From Patescibacteria group bacterium (GTDB lineage: Bacteria > Patescibacteriota > Minisyncoccia > 2-02-FULL-40-12 > IGHO2-01-FULL-4-A), in assembly GCA_038064915.1 (NCBI GenBank), contig JBBTSB010000003.1, positions 13,395 through 77,394 of the forward strand: a DNA stretch of 64,000 nucleotides, read 5' to 3'. Under the pieces are notes generated by a model, which did not search any database, was not told the origin of the DNA, and saw only the letters and a list, made by a program, of their open reading frames with translations. The position numbers and the translations under genes were made by a program. How positions within the stretch are numbered: position 1 is the stretch's first letter; every line of letters begins with the position of its first letter. Positions 48,871-58,029 of this stretch are shown here, in pieces.

Positions 48871-50115
48871 ATGACATCCAAACTCGGACTTGCCATTATT
48901 ATTGTGATCTCTCTGTTTTTCGGTTTTTTTGTATCGCCACTTGGGGAGAAAAGTTTTAGTTGGGTGCCGCCATTTCGTTTGGGTTTGGATCTTCTCGGAG
49001 GAGCGCACTTGGAATATCAAGGCGACCTTACCCAGCTTGCCGAAGGACAGAGCGCTGGTGATGCCATGGAGGGAGTACGAGACGTCATCGAGCGTCGGGT
49101 GAATTTATTTGGTGTTTCAGAGCCAGTAGTACAGATTGAGGGCAGTGATCGGCTCATCGTGGAACTTGCCGGTATCACGGATATTCAGCAGGCGATTGAT
49201 CTCATTGGATTGACTCCGTTTCTGGAATTTAAAGAATTGAGTGATGAAACGGCAAGCGCTTCCTTTATTTCGACGGGACTTACAGGAAAGAATCTCAAAC
49301 GATCGGAGGTTACCTTTGATTCAACAACAGGCCGTCCGCAAATTGCGTTGACGCTTGATGACGAAGGAACAAAACTGTTTGCGGAAATTACCAAGCGGAA
49401 CATCGGCAAGCCCGTTGCGATATTTCTGGACGAACAGCCCATCAGTATTCCTACTGTGCAGACAGAAATACCTGATGGCAAAGCGGTCATTACGGGAATG
49501 TTTACTCCTCAGCAGGCAAAAGAATTAGCGAACCGTTTAAATGCCGGCGCACTTCCGGTTCCCATAGAAAAAATTTCCCAGCAAACTGTCGGAGCATCCT
49601 TGGGTGCCGAATCCCTCAATAAATCGTTGTCGGCAGGACTCTACGCGCTATTCTTGGTGGCGCTCTTCATGATCGCATTCTATCGTTTGCCAGGACTTGC
49701 GGCCGTTTTAGCCCTGCTTAGCTACAGCGCCATCGTGCTCACCATTTATAAACTTTTTCCCGTCACGCTATCTCTATCCGGCATTGCCGGGTTTATCCTA
49801 TCGCTTGGTATAGCCGTTGATGCAAATGTTTTGATTTTTTCACGCATGCGGGAAGAGATTAAAGCAGGGCGTACCTTGCCGCAAGCCGTCAATGAAGGAT
49901 TTCGGCGCGCATGGTACTCGATTCGTGACAGCCACGTGACGACGATTCTCGGTGCCGTTGTTCTGTATATGTTTACGACATCGATCGTAAAAGGATTTGC
50001 GTTGACCCTTGGTATTGGAGTGGTGGTGAGTTTGTTCAGTTCCATTGTCGTGACGCGTGCATTCATGAATCGGACTACTGGTCCGTGGTTTGCATCGAAA
50101 TCATGGCTATTTTGA
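48871..50115 (+). CDS. secD: protein translocase subunit SecD (short form)
   Basis: 'LGLDLLGGAHLEY' and the C-terminal 6-TM region are present. Confidence 0.85.
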   Translation: MTSKLGLAIIIVISLFFGFFVSPLGEKSFSWVPPFRLGLDLLGGAHLEYQGDLTQLAEGQSAGDAMEGVRDVIERRVNLFGVSEPVVQIEGSDRLIVELAGITDIQQAIDLIGLTPFLEFKELSDETASASFISTGLTGKNLKRSEVTFDSTTGRPQIALTLDDEGTKLFAEITKRNIGKPVAIFLDEQPISIPTVQTEIPDGKAVITGMFTPQQAKELANRLNAGALPVPIEKISQQTVGASLGAESLNKSLSAGLYALFLVALFMIAFYRLPGLAAVLALLSYSAIVLTIYKLFPVTLSLSGIAGFILSLGIAVDANVLIFSRMREEIKAGRTLPQAVNEGFRRAWYSIRDSHVTTILGAVVLYMFTTSIVKGFALTLGIGVVVSLFSSIVVTRAFMNRTTGPWFASKSWLF

Positions 50116-50116
50116 A

Positions 50117-50947
50117 ATGAAACCCGTATATAAACTATTCTTTGCAGTTTCCATGCTTCTCACGATTGTTGCTCTTGTGGCAACGGTGGTAATCTGGCGC
50201 AAAACCCACGGCGAGTTTTTGGGTATTGATTTTCGCGGGGGATCGCTCCTTGAAGTGAGTTTTGAAAGCGGGCGACCGAATGAAATCATTCGTGAGAAAA
50301 AAATTGCCGAAGAACGCCGGCAGGAAATTCTCAAGGACCTCGAAACACAGTATGGACCAGTACGACAGGAGCGTTTCGATGATATTGGTCCCACCGTTGG
50401 AGCCCAGCTCAAGAGCAAGAGTATCAAGGCGGTTGTCATTTTGCTGATCGTGATTGTCATCTATCTGGCAATCGTTTTCCGCTCCATGGCACGCGTGCTT
50501 TCTCCATGGGCGATGGGCATTGCCGCTATTGCTGCCCTTCTCCACGATGTCATTATTCCCATCGGAGTATTTTCCATTCTTGGAGCGTATTATGGTGTAG
50601 AAATCAGCGCTGTGTTTGTTGCGGCGATCCTTACCATTTTGGGCTATTCCGTTTCTGATACCGTAGTGGTATTTGACCGCATCCGTGAAAACGTGGTACG
50701 GTTTGGGGGGAAAGAGTCTTTTCCCGAACTTGTCCACAAGAGTATTTTGCAGACGCTGACCCGTTCCATCAATACTTCGGTCACTACGCTTCTCGCATTG
50801 GTCGCCATCTTTCTTTTTGGCGGTGAATCAGTCAAGTATTTCGCGCTTGCTTTGATCATTGGGATCGTTTCCGGTACGTATTCTTCCATATTTATTGCTT
50901 CGCCGATCGTGGTATGGTGGCATGGGTTTCGGAAGAAGGGAATTTGA
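50117..50947 (+). CDS. secF: protein translocase subunit SecF
   Basis: 'MKPVYKLFF' is the start, with 'GIDFRGGSLLEV' and a 6-TM region. It lies immediately after secD. Confidence 0.85.
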   Translation: MKPVYKLFFAVSMLLTIVALVATVVIWRKTHGEFLGIDFRGGSLLEVSFESGRPNEIIREKKIAEERRQEILKDLETQYGPVRQERFDDIGPTVGAQLKSKSIKAVVILLIVIVIYLAIVFRSMARVLSPWAMGIAAIAALLHDVIIPIGVFSILGAYYGVEISAVFVAAILTILGYSVSDTVVVFDRIRENVVRFGGKESFPELVHKSILQTLTRSINTSVTTLLALVAIFLFGGESVKYFALALIIGIVSGTYSSIFIASPIVVWWHGFRKKGI

Positions 50948-50962
50948 CTAATTTCCTAGTAT

Positions 50963-51994
50963 GTGCTATTTTTAGATCCTTCGTATATGGCAGAATCTAA
51001 CGCACAAATCAAGAAGGTTGTAAGCCAGCTGATATCGGTGCTCAACCAGCGAAATCGCGAGATCATATCTCGCCGTTTTGGTTTGAAGAATGGATCCAAG
51101 GAAACGTTGGAATCCATCGGCGCAAGCTATGGAATTACCCGCGAGCGTGTTCGTCAAATTGAGGAAGCTTCGCTTGCTCAAATTCGCGAATCTCTGCAAG
51201 GAGCGGGCGCTTCCACCATTCAGTCCTTCGTCGTTTTGACCAAGGAAATTTTAGACTCCAACAATGGCGTTATCCACGAGCAGGAACTTTTCGCACGTTT
51301 TTCGGGTTCCGATCAAAACTCGCCGACCAACGCCGCATTGATTTTTGTTCTCACGCTTTCTGGAGCTTTCCACCGATCTCTCGAGGATGACAATTTTGCG
51401 ACGTTTTGGAGCCTTTCCAAACAGCGCGCTACAGAATTTAAACAACAAGTCGCGACCCTCGTTGCCAACTTGGAAAAACGAAAAGAGATGCTTTCTACCG
51501 GTGAAGTTCCCGAAAGTGTTCTTTCCTATCTCACCATTTCCAAAAATATCGGCAAGAATGTATTCGGTGAAATCGGCTTGACGAAATGGGCGGAGATCAA
51601 ACCACGGGGCGTTCGCGACAAATCCTACCTGGTGCTCAAAAAGGAAGGCAAGCCCAAGCACTTCCGCGAAATCACCGAACTCATCAACTCGGCAAACTTT
51701 GGCAATCGCAAAGCACACGTGCAAACCGTTCACAACGAGCTCATCAAAGATTCACGTTTCGTACTCGTAGGCCGGGGCATTTACGGACTTTCCGAGTGGG
51801 GATATGAACCCGGCACCGTGAAGCAAGTGATTGCAAACTTGCTTCGCAAAGAAGGACCCATGTCCAAAGACAAGATCGTCGCACATGTGATGTCCACTCG
51901 AATGGTGAAACCCAATACCGTGGTGCTTGGCATGCAGGACAAAAATCTCTTCCGTGAAACCGACGAAGGCCACATCGCTCTCAAAGAAGCATAA
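50963..51994 (+). CDS. sigma-70 region-4 (HTH) domain protein with long unrelated C-terminal domain
   Basis: 'TLESIGASYGITRERVRQIEEASL' resembles sigma region 4.2 and sits at the N-terminus. The remaining ~250 aa are uncharacterised. Confidence 0.45.
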   Translation: MLFLDPSYMAESNAQIKKVVSQLISVLNQRNREIISRRFGLKNGSKETLESIGASYGITRERVRQIEEASLAQIRESLQGAGASTIQSFVVLTKEILDSNNGVIHEQELFARFSGSDQNSPTNAALIFVLTLSGAFHRSLEDDNFATFWSLSKQRATEFKQQVATLVANLEKRKEMLSTGEVPESVLSYLTISKNIGKNVFGEIGLTKWAEIKPRGVRDKSYLVLKKEGKPKHFREITELINSANFGNRKAHVQTVHNELIKDSRFVLVGRGIYGLSEWGYEPGTVKQVIANLLRKEGPMSKDKIVAHVMSTRMVKPNTVVLGMQDKNLFRETDEGHIALKEA

Positions 51995-52000
51995 ACGTGG

Positions 52001-52006
52001 TATACT
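52001..52006 (+). promoter_or_regulatory. -10 box TATACT, leaderless start of paralog A
   Basis: It lies 6 nt upstream of the ATG at 52013 with no SD. Confidence 0.3.
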
Positions 52007-52012
52007 AAGGCT

Positions 52013-53299
52013 ATGCATATAGTTTGGGAAGTTATATCCACTGTCTGGCATTATGCCGGTGGGTTTGTTTCCATTGGATTTTTTTTCATCGCTATTTTTA
52101 TTGCCCGGAGCACGTGGACGTTTTATCGCGAGGAGCATTACAAAAGCAGTAAACGCCTACTTCCTTGGGTATACTTGGAAATCAAAATTCCCCGCGAAGT
52201 GCTCAAGGGTCCCAAGGCGATGGAACAGTTTTTTGCTGCGCTCCATCCTCTTGGAAACTTTCCTGCGAGTTTTGCGAAGCGATGGTGGGATGGCGAAGTT
52301 CCGCGATGGCATGTCATTGATATCATAGGGAAAAACAGCGAGGTTCGCTTTTATATGCGCGTGTCCAGCAAAATCAACGCCGCTATCGAAGGATTGCTCT
52401 ACGCGGCGTATCCGGAAATTGAGATCATAGAGGTGGAAGATCCTCTCCTTCAGTTTCCTGCGACGTATGATGAATTGGATCAGCAAGGGTATCAAATCTT
52501 TGGTAATGAACTGATGCAAACGGGTAGCCAAGCTATTTCCATTCGAACCTATGCTGAATTTGAGCAGGAATCCGGCGACGAGAAGGGACGCATCATTGAT
52601 CCATTTTCCGTGCTCTTGGAGCTCATTGGCAACCTCCAGCCTTCAGAGATGCTATTAATTCAATATGTTCTTGTGCCGAGCACTTCAAAACAGCACCACT
52701 ATCAACACTGGAGACATGAAGGTGAGCACCTCCTGGAAAAGTACCGTGATACCACGCAACAAATCGGGCAAGACAAGGAAGGAAAGCCGCAGTATCGATT
52801 TCGCTTTCGTACGCCAACTGAAGAGGCAACCATCAAGCGCATTGAAGATAAATTTGACAAAGGCGTGTTTGACACCACGATTCGGTATCTCCATATCGCA
52901 CCAAAAGAAATCTTCAACTTCCACATCGGGTACCGCGGTATACAGACATTTTTCAATCAATTTCGCCACGACAAACAAACCCTGGAACGCAACTACCACG
53001 TGATCACCAAGGGCGAGTGGTACTACTTTCCGTGGATATTTGCCGATGCGAGATTGCGTCAGCGCAGGCGCATGATCTATGATGAATACATGCGCCGTTT
53101 TGTGCCGGAAGAGACAGTTGCCGGCATGCTGTACAACTCCGGCATCTGGACCTGGTGTTTTTACCACAAACCCATGCCACTTTCCACCGAGGAGCTTGCC
53201 ACGCTGTTTCACATTCCCACCAACGTCATCTTGACGCAGACATCCATGGAACGCATCGAGTCCAAGCGATTGTCACCGCCTACCAATCTCCCCGAATAA
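52013..53299 (+). CDS. membrane-anchored protein, uncharacterised family (paralog A)
   Basis: An N-terminal TM is followed by 'LEIKIPREVLKGPKAMEQFF' and a C-terminal 'LATLFHIPTNV' block. It shares a whole-length fold with the next gene. Confidence 0.5.
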   Translation: MHIVWEVISTVWHYAGGFVSIGFFFIAIFIARSTWTFYREEHYKSSKRLLPWVYLEIKIPREVLKGPKAMEQFFAALHPLGNFPASFAKRWWDGEVPRWHVIDIIGKNSEVRFYMRVSSKINAAIEGLLYAAYPEIEIIEVEDPLLQFPATYDELDQQGYQIFGNELMQTGSQAISIRTYAEFEQESGDEKGRIIDPFSVLLELIGNLQPSEMLLIQYVLVPSTSKQHHYQHWRHEGEHLLEKYRDTTQQIGQDKEGKPQYRFRFRTPTEEATIKRIEDKFDKGVFDTTIRYLHIAPKEIFNFHIGYRGIQTFFNQFRHDKQTLERNYHVITKGEWYYFPWIFADARLRQRRRMIYDEYMRRFVPEETVAGMLYNSGIWTWCFYHKPMPLSTEELATLFHIPTNVILTQTSMERIESKRLSPPTNLPE

Positions 53300-53301
53300 T
53301 C

Positions 53302-54555
53302 ATGAGCTTTTCAACACATTTTACCTGGGTCATCTACGCGATTGTGTTTATCGCGTCCTACTACATCGCAAAGAGCGTGTGGTTGTTTTGGCGCCAGGAG
53401 GGATTTAAAAACAGAATGGATTGGGTGCTCCTGGAAATCCGTGTGCCGCGGGAAATGACGCGCGGGCCCAAAGCGATGGAACAGTTTTTTGCAAGCATAT
53501 ATAACCTACGGAACTATGCCATCGGTCCAAAAGAAATCTACCTGGACGGTGAAATCACCCGGTGGTTTAGTCTGGAAATCGTAGGAACCAACAGAGTCAC
53601 GCGCCTCTATTTGCGCATCTTGCGTCCCCTGATGCATCCGATGGTTTCCGCCCTCTACGCGCAGTATCCGGAAGTGGAGGTAGTTGAAGCGGAACGGGAC
53701 TACATCTATGATTACCCCGACAGCTACCAGGCCCTGCTCGCCCGCAACTATGAAATTTATGGTCTTGAAGTTACACAAAAAAGAAATCCGGCGTTCAAAC
53801 TCCGCACCTACAAGGATTTTGAAACATTGGTGGGAAGCGAAAAGGGAAGAATTACCGATCCCATGGCAGCTGTCATCGAGATCATTGGCAGGCTCAAAGC
53901 CGAAGAGACCGTGTGGATACAGTTTTTGTGCCAGCCCGATACCAACCATATTCGCTCCGATCACTGGGCGGTAGGCGCCAAAAAAGAAATTGAAAAATTT
54001 AAAAGCGCGACGCAAAAGAGCGAGGGAAAGCATGGAGATGAGCCTTCGATTCGATTCCGTTTCCGCACCCAACACGAAGAGAACACGCTTAAAGGCCTGG
54101 AGGAAAAAATCGCGCAGGCAGTCTACGTCACCACATTCCGAACAATCTACCTAGCTCCGCGCGCAATCTACAACCGCGATTTGGCGAACCGCGGTATTTT
54201 CGGCTTCTTGGCGCAAATGAACAACGATGATCAGCGTATGACGAAGATCAACAAAGTCCGTTCGAAAGTGGACTGGGACGCGTTTCCGATCATCTTCCCC
54301 AAGCGGCGTCTGTTTTGGAAAAACGTGGCTATCTACGACGAATATCGTCGCCGCTTTATTCCAGAAGAAACCATCGCGGGCAAAATCTACAATTCGTATC
54401 CGCTCCGCTGGTGTTTTTGGCACAAGCCGATGATTCTCTGCGCAGAGGAGCTGGCGACGTTTTTCCATATTCCGACCAATGTGGTGCTGACGCAGGTCAC
54501 GATGGATCGTATTGAATCCAAGCATCTCGCTCCGCCGGGAAATTTGCCATCATGA
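53302..54555 (+). CDS. membrane-anchored protein, uncharacterised family (paralog B)
   Basis: 'LEIRVPREMTRGPKAMEQFF', 'HIPTNVVLTQ' and 'RIESK' align along the whole length with 52013..53299. Confidence 0.5.
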   Translation: MSFSTHFTWVIYAIVFIASYYIAKSVWLFWRQEGFKNRMDWVLLEIRVPREMTRGPKAMEQFFASIYNLRNYAIGPKEIYLDGEITRWFSLEIVGTNRVTRLYLRILRPLMHPMVSALYAQYPEVEVVEAERDYIYDYPDSYQALLARNYEIYGLEVTQKRNPAFKLRTYKDFETLVGSEKGRITDPMAAVIEIIGRLKAEETVWIQFLCQPDTNHIRSDHWAVGAKKEIEKFKSATQKSEGKHGDEPSIRFRFRTQHEENTLKGLEEKIAQAVYVTTFRTIYLAPRAIYNRDLANRGIFGFLAQMNNDDQRMTKINKVRSKVDWDAFPIIFPKRRLFWKNVAIYDEYRRRFIPEETIAGKIYNSYPLRWCFWHKPMILCAEELATFFHIPTNVVLTQVTMDRIESKHLAPPGNLPS

Positions 54556-55244
54556 TTCTGGAAGTCCGACACCTCGTGAAAGAATACGCAGGACGGCGTG
54601 TGGTAGACGACGTTTCTTTTTCTGTTGCTCCCGGAGAAATTGTGGGACTGTTGGGCCCCAATGGAGCGGGCAAGACGACGACGATCGACATGATCTTGGG
54701 GTTGGTGGAGCCAACGTCCGGCGAAATCCAAACGCCACCCAAAGAGCAAATGAATTTTGCCGCCACCTACGCACATTTGCCGGGAAATATGTCGGTGCAA
54801 AATAACCTGCGCGTTTTTGCGCATTTGTACGAAGTCCGTGGAGTAAAGCAGGCCGTGGAGAAAGCACTCAAAGACTTTGATCTGGAGCGACATGCAAAAA
54901 GCCGCACGGGATATTTGTCGTCCGGCGAGCAGACGCGTGTGGGTCTTGCAAAGGCATTTTTAAACAAGCCAAAACTATTGCTTCTGGACGAGCCCACCGC
55001 ATCGCTGGATCCGCACACGTCGGATGGTATTCGCAACAAGCTGATGGATCGTGCTCGCAATGAGGATTTGAGCATTTTGTGGACGTCCCATGATATGGTG
55101 GAGATCACCCGCGTTTGTGATCGAGTACTGTTTATTTCCCACGGCAAAATTTTACTGGAAGGGAAGCCCAGGGACTTGCCAGCACAGTACGGAAAAAAAG
55201 ATTTAGAAGAATTATTTATCCATGTCGCCAAGGAGAATTTATAG
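54552..55244 (+). CDS. ABC transporter ATP-binding protein (ABC-2 type exporter partner)
   Basis: Walker A is 'GPNGAGKTTT', the signature is 'LSSGEQTRV' and Walker B is 'LLLDEPT'. Confidence 0.85.
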   Translation: MILEVRHLVKEYAGRRVVDDVSFSVAPGEIVGLLGPNGAGKTTTIDMILGLVEPTSGEIQTPPKEQMNFAATYAHLPGNMSVQNNLRVFAHLYEVRGVKQAVEKALKDFDLERHAKSRTGYLSSGEQTRVGLAKAFLNKPKLLLLDEPTASLDPHTSDGIRNKLMDRARNEDLSILWTSHDMVEITRVCDRVLFISHGKILLEGKPRDLPAQYGKKDLEELFIHVAKENL

Positions 55245-56019
55245 TTTATTTTTGCGGCAGGTGATTCTCAACACCCAAAGCTACGGGCGGTGGTTTGGGT
55301 TGTTCTACTGGCCGACGATCGATTTGCTGGTTTGGGGGACGTTGAGCGTGTACTTGAATCAAGGCGTCGGAACCGAATTCAACGTGTTTGGCTACTTGTT
55401 CGGTTCCATTATTTTCCTCAATTTTGTTTGGCGCGTTCAGCAAGGTGTTGCGGTATCATTTCTCGAGGATATCTGGTCGCAAAATTTTATCAATCTGTTT
55501 GCGTCTCCTCTCACATTGGGGGAGTACATTTTGAGTTTGATTTCTACGAGCATCGTCAAAGTTGTCGCTTCCATTTCTGTGATGGCTTTGCTTGCGTGGG
55601 TGCTCTATGCGTTCAACGTCTTTGTGTTGGGGTTTTATTTACTGCCATTTATTTTCATCCTATTTTTCCTTGCTCTCGCCATAGGATTTTTCGGGGTGGG
55701 TGTTACCTTACGGATTGGGCCGTCCGCCGAAGCACTCGTGTGGGCAATGCCGGCCATTCTTGCGCCGCTTTCGGGCGTCTATTATCCGATTACCATCCTT
55801 CCCGTGTTTTGGCAAAAGGTTGCATTGGCGGTACCGAGCACGTATGTATTTGATGGAATGCGCGAGGTCATCAATATTGGGCTCTTTCGTACCGATCTGT
55901 TGCTATTGGGGGCCGGCCTTTCACTCTTGTACTTCGTGATTTCAATTCTGTTTCTCTATCGTACGTATCGTGTAGTTTTGCGCAAAGGCCTCATCGCCCG
56001 TTTTTCTGCGAGTGATTAG
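55222..56019 (+). CDS. ABC-2 family transporter permease
   Basis: The product has 6 TM segments and overlaps the ATPase gene. Confidence 0.7.
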   Translation: MSPRRIYSLFLRQVILNTQSYGRWFGLFYWPTIDLLVWGTLSVYLNQGVGTEFNVFGYLFGSIIFLNFVWRVQQGVAVSFLEDIWSQNFINLFASPLTLGEYILSLISTSIVKVVASISVMALLAWVLYAFNVFVLGFYLLPFIFILFFLALAIGFFGVGVTLRIGPSAEALVWAMPAILAPLSGVYYPITILPVFWQKVALAVPSTYVFDGMREVINIGLFRTDLLLLGAGLSLLYFVISILFLYRTYRVVLRKGLIARFSASD

Positions 56020-56035
56020 GTGATACAATTAAAGC

Positions 56036-57523
56036 ATGCCTCGAGAAGGTAAACTTCAGATTGTAAAGTATGCTCCGCCGCCGCTTGAGCTGCCGGTGAT
56101 CGGTTCGGTTGCTCCCGAAGACATATCCTATATCGGACGTACCAACTACATAGCCGCCCTGGAGGAGAAAAAATTTGTTTTTGGTCTCAAGCGTGTCGAT
56201 CGTCGTCGCCACCTCTATATCATTGGAAAGTCCGGCGTAGGAAAATCAAAGCTCCTTGAGCTCCTGGTGCGCCAAGATGTCGCCCATGGTCAGGGTCTGT
56301 GTTTTATGGATCCTCACGGTGATGTCATCGAGGCGATTTTGGATTTTATTCCGGAGAACCGCATCGATGACGTGTGCATCATTGATCCCTCTGATTTCAA
56401 ATTTCCTACGTCATTCAATCCGCTCCAAAACGTCGATCCCAATTTCAAGCATCAATTGACGCAAGGTCTCATCGAAGTCATGGAAAAGCAATTCGGCGCA
56501 AACTGGACGCCGCGTTTGGAGCACGTCTTTCGATTCACTACACTCGCCCTTCTTGACTATCCCCATGCGACCATGCGCGGCATGATCTCGATGCTCACTG
56601 ACCGCAACTACCGCCAAAAAGTCGTGGAGTATATCGAGGATGACATGGTGAAGCGCTTCTGGGCTATTGAGTTCGCAGACTGGTCGGAAAAGTTTGACAC
56701 GGATGCGATTATACCGCTTGTTAACAAGCTCGGCCAGTTTTTATCTGATCCGATGCTCCGCAACATTTTTGGTCAAAAAGAAAACAAGATCAATCTGGAA
56801 GATCTGATGAATCAAAAAAAGATCGTGCTCATCAACCTTGCTAAGGGACGTCTTGGCGAGGAAAACTCAAGCTTCTTCGGCAGTATGTTTATCACCAAAA
56901 TCAAGCAAGCTGGTATGGCTCGCGCCTCGATGCCGGAGAGCCAGCGTACGGATTTTTACCTGTATGTCGATGAGTTTCAAAACGTGGTCACCGAGACATT
57001 TGAAAACATGTTGTCAGAAGCTCGCAAATATGGTATTTGTCTCACGATGGCGCACCAGTACGTCGGACAGCTTTTGGAGCGTGTAGTTCATGCGGTGTTG
57101 GGAAATACGGGAACGATCATCATCTTCCGCGTGGGCGGTGAAGATGCGGTGAAACTTGAACCGGAAATGGCTCCGATTTTCAAAGTCAAGGACATGATCA
57201 ACCTTGGCATGCAGGAGTTTTATATCAAGGAAACTATCGATGGCGAGACGTACGACCCGTTTTCCGCACAAACCTTGAAAGTCACACCACCGCCCCATCC
57301 GCCGTACCGTCAGCGTATTTATGATGAATCGCGCAAAAAGTATTCCATCACAGCTGACATGGCCAAAAAGCTTATAGAAGAAGAAGAGGCGAGTATTTAC
57401 CGCAGTGCACAAGAAAAAGCCGCCATTCAACATAAAGGAAAAAAAGCAGGGGACGAGACGAGCGACGTGTCCGCCGAAGCTTCAGCGAAGGCGGAAACCC
57501 GCGAGCCAGAACCACTTATATGA
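56036..57523 (+). CDS. soluble TraD/VirD4/TraG-like (FtsK-HerA superfamily) coupling-type ATPase
   Basis: Walker A is 'IIGKSGVGKSKL', Walker B is 'LYVDEFQN' and a 'CLTMAHQYVGQL' Q-motif follows. No TM domain is present. Confidence 0.6.
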   Translation: MPREGKLQIVKYAPPPLELPVIGSVAPEDISYIGRTNYIAALEEKKFVFGLKRVDRRRHLYIIGKSGVGKSKLLELLVRQDVAHGQGLCFMDPHGDVIEAILDFIPENRIDDVCIIDPSDFKFPTSFNPLQNVDPNFKHQLTQGLIEVMEKQFGANWTPRLEHVFRFTTLALLDYPHATMRGMISMLTDRNYRQKVVEYIEDDMVKRFWAIEFADWSEKFDTDAIIPLVNKLGQFLSDPMLRNIFGQKENKINLEDLMNQKKIVLINLAKGRLGEENSSFFGSMFITKIKQAGMARASMPESQRTDFYLYVDEFQNVVTETFENMLSEARKYGICLTMAHQYVGQLLERVVHAVLGNTGTIIIFRVGGEDAVKLEPEMAPIFKVKDMINLGMQEFYIKETIDGETYDPFSAQTLKVTPPPHPPYRQRIYDESRKKYSITADMAKKLIEEEEASIYRSAQEKAAIQHKGKKAGDETSDVSAEASAKAETREPEPLI

Positions 57524-58029
57524 ATACACTGTATCTTATCTTACATATCATCGGGATTGCACTCGGAGCAGGCGGAGCATTTATGAGTGATGCGCTCTTT
57601 TTCCACTTTTTGAAAAAAAGAGATTTTTCTGATAGCAATGTCGCTATTTTGAAACTCGGCAGCCGCATGGTATGGATTGGTCTTGCGGTGCTTTTGATTT
57701 CCGGGGTGTTCCTTTTTGCCGGCAATCCGGATCGCTATCTGCACTCGAGCAAGTTTCTCATCAAAATGACGATCGTGTTGGTCATTGCGATTAATGGCGT
57801 CGTTTTCCACAAGGTCCACATGCGCCGGATGTCTGAGTTCACTCCAGGACTCTTTGTCAGTGGGGCGATCTCCATGCCGTCGTGGATATTAGCCATCGTC
57901 TTGGGCGCCATGCATGGCATTGCTCTTTCCTACCCGACTCTTTTAGCTGGCTACATCGTCATCCTCTCGGGTAGTATTTTTGTTTCTCTGATGATGCGAA
58001 AGAGACTACCTCCTCACGATGGCTCGTAA
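57520..58029 (+). CDS. 4-TM membrane protein, hypothetical
   Basis: The hydrophobicity pattern predicts four TM segments. The start overlaps the upstream stop. Confidence 0.45.
   Translation: MNTLYLILHIIGIALGAGGAFMSDALFFHFLKKRDFSDSNVAILKLGSRMVWIGLAVLLISGVFLFAGNPDRYLHSSKFLIKMTIVLVIAINGVVFHKVHMRRMSEFTPGLFVSGAISMPSWILAIVLGAMHGIALSYPTLLAGYIVILSGSIFVSLMMRKRLPPHDGS

Noticed and set aside
47413-49020. 535-aa minus-strand ORF antisense to the TM0106-like nuclease and secD start
   Set aside because: It has no recognisable domains and overlaps two well-supported plus-strand genes.
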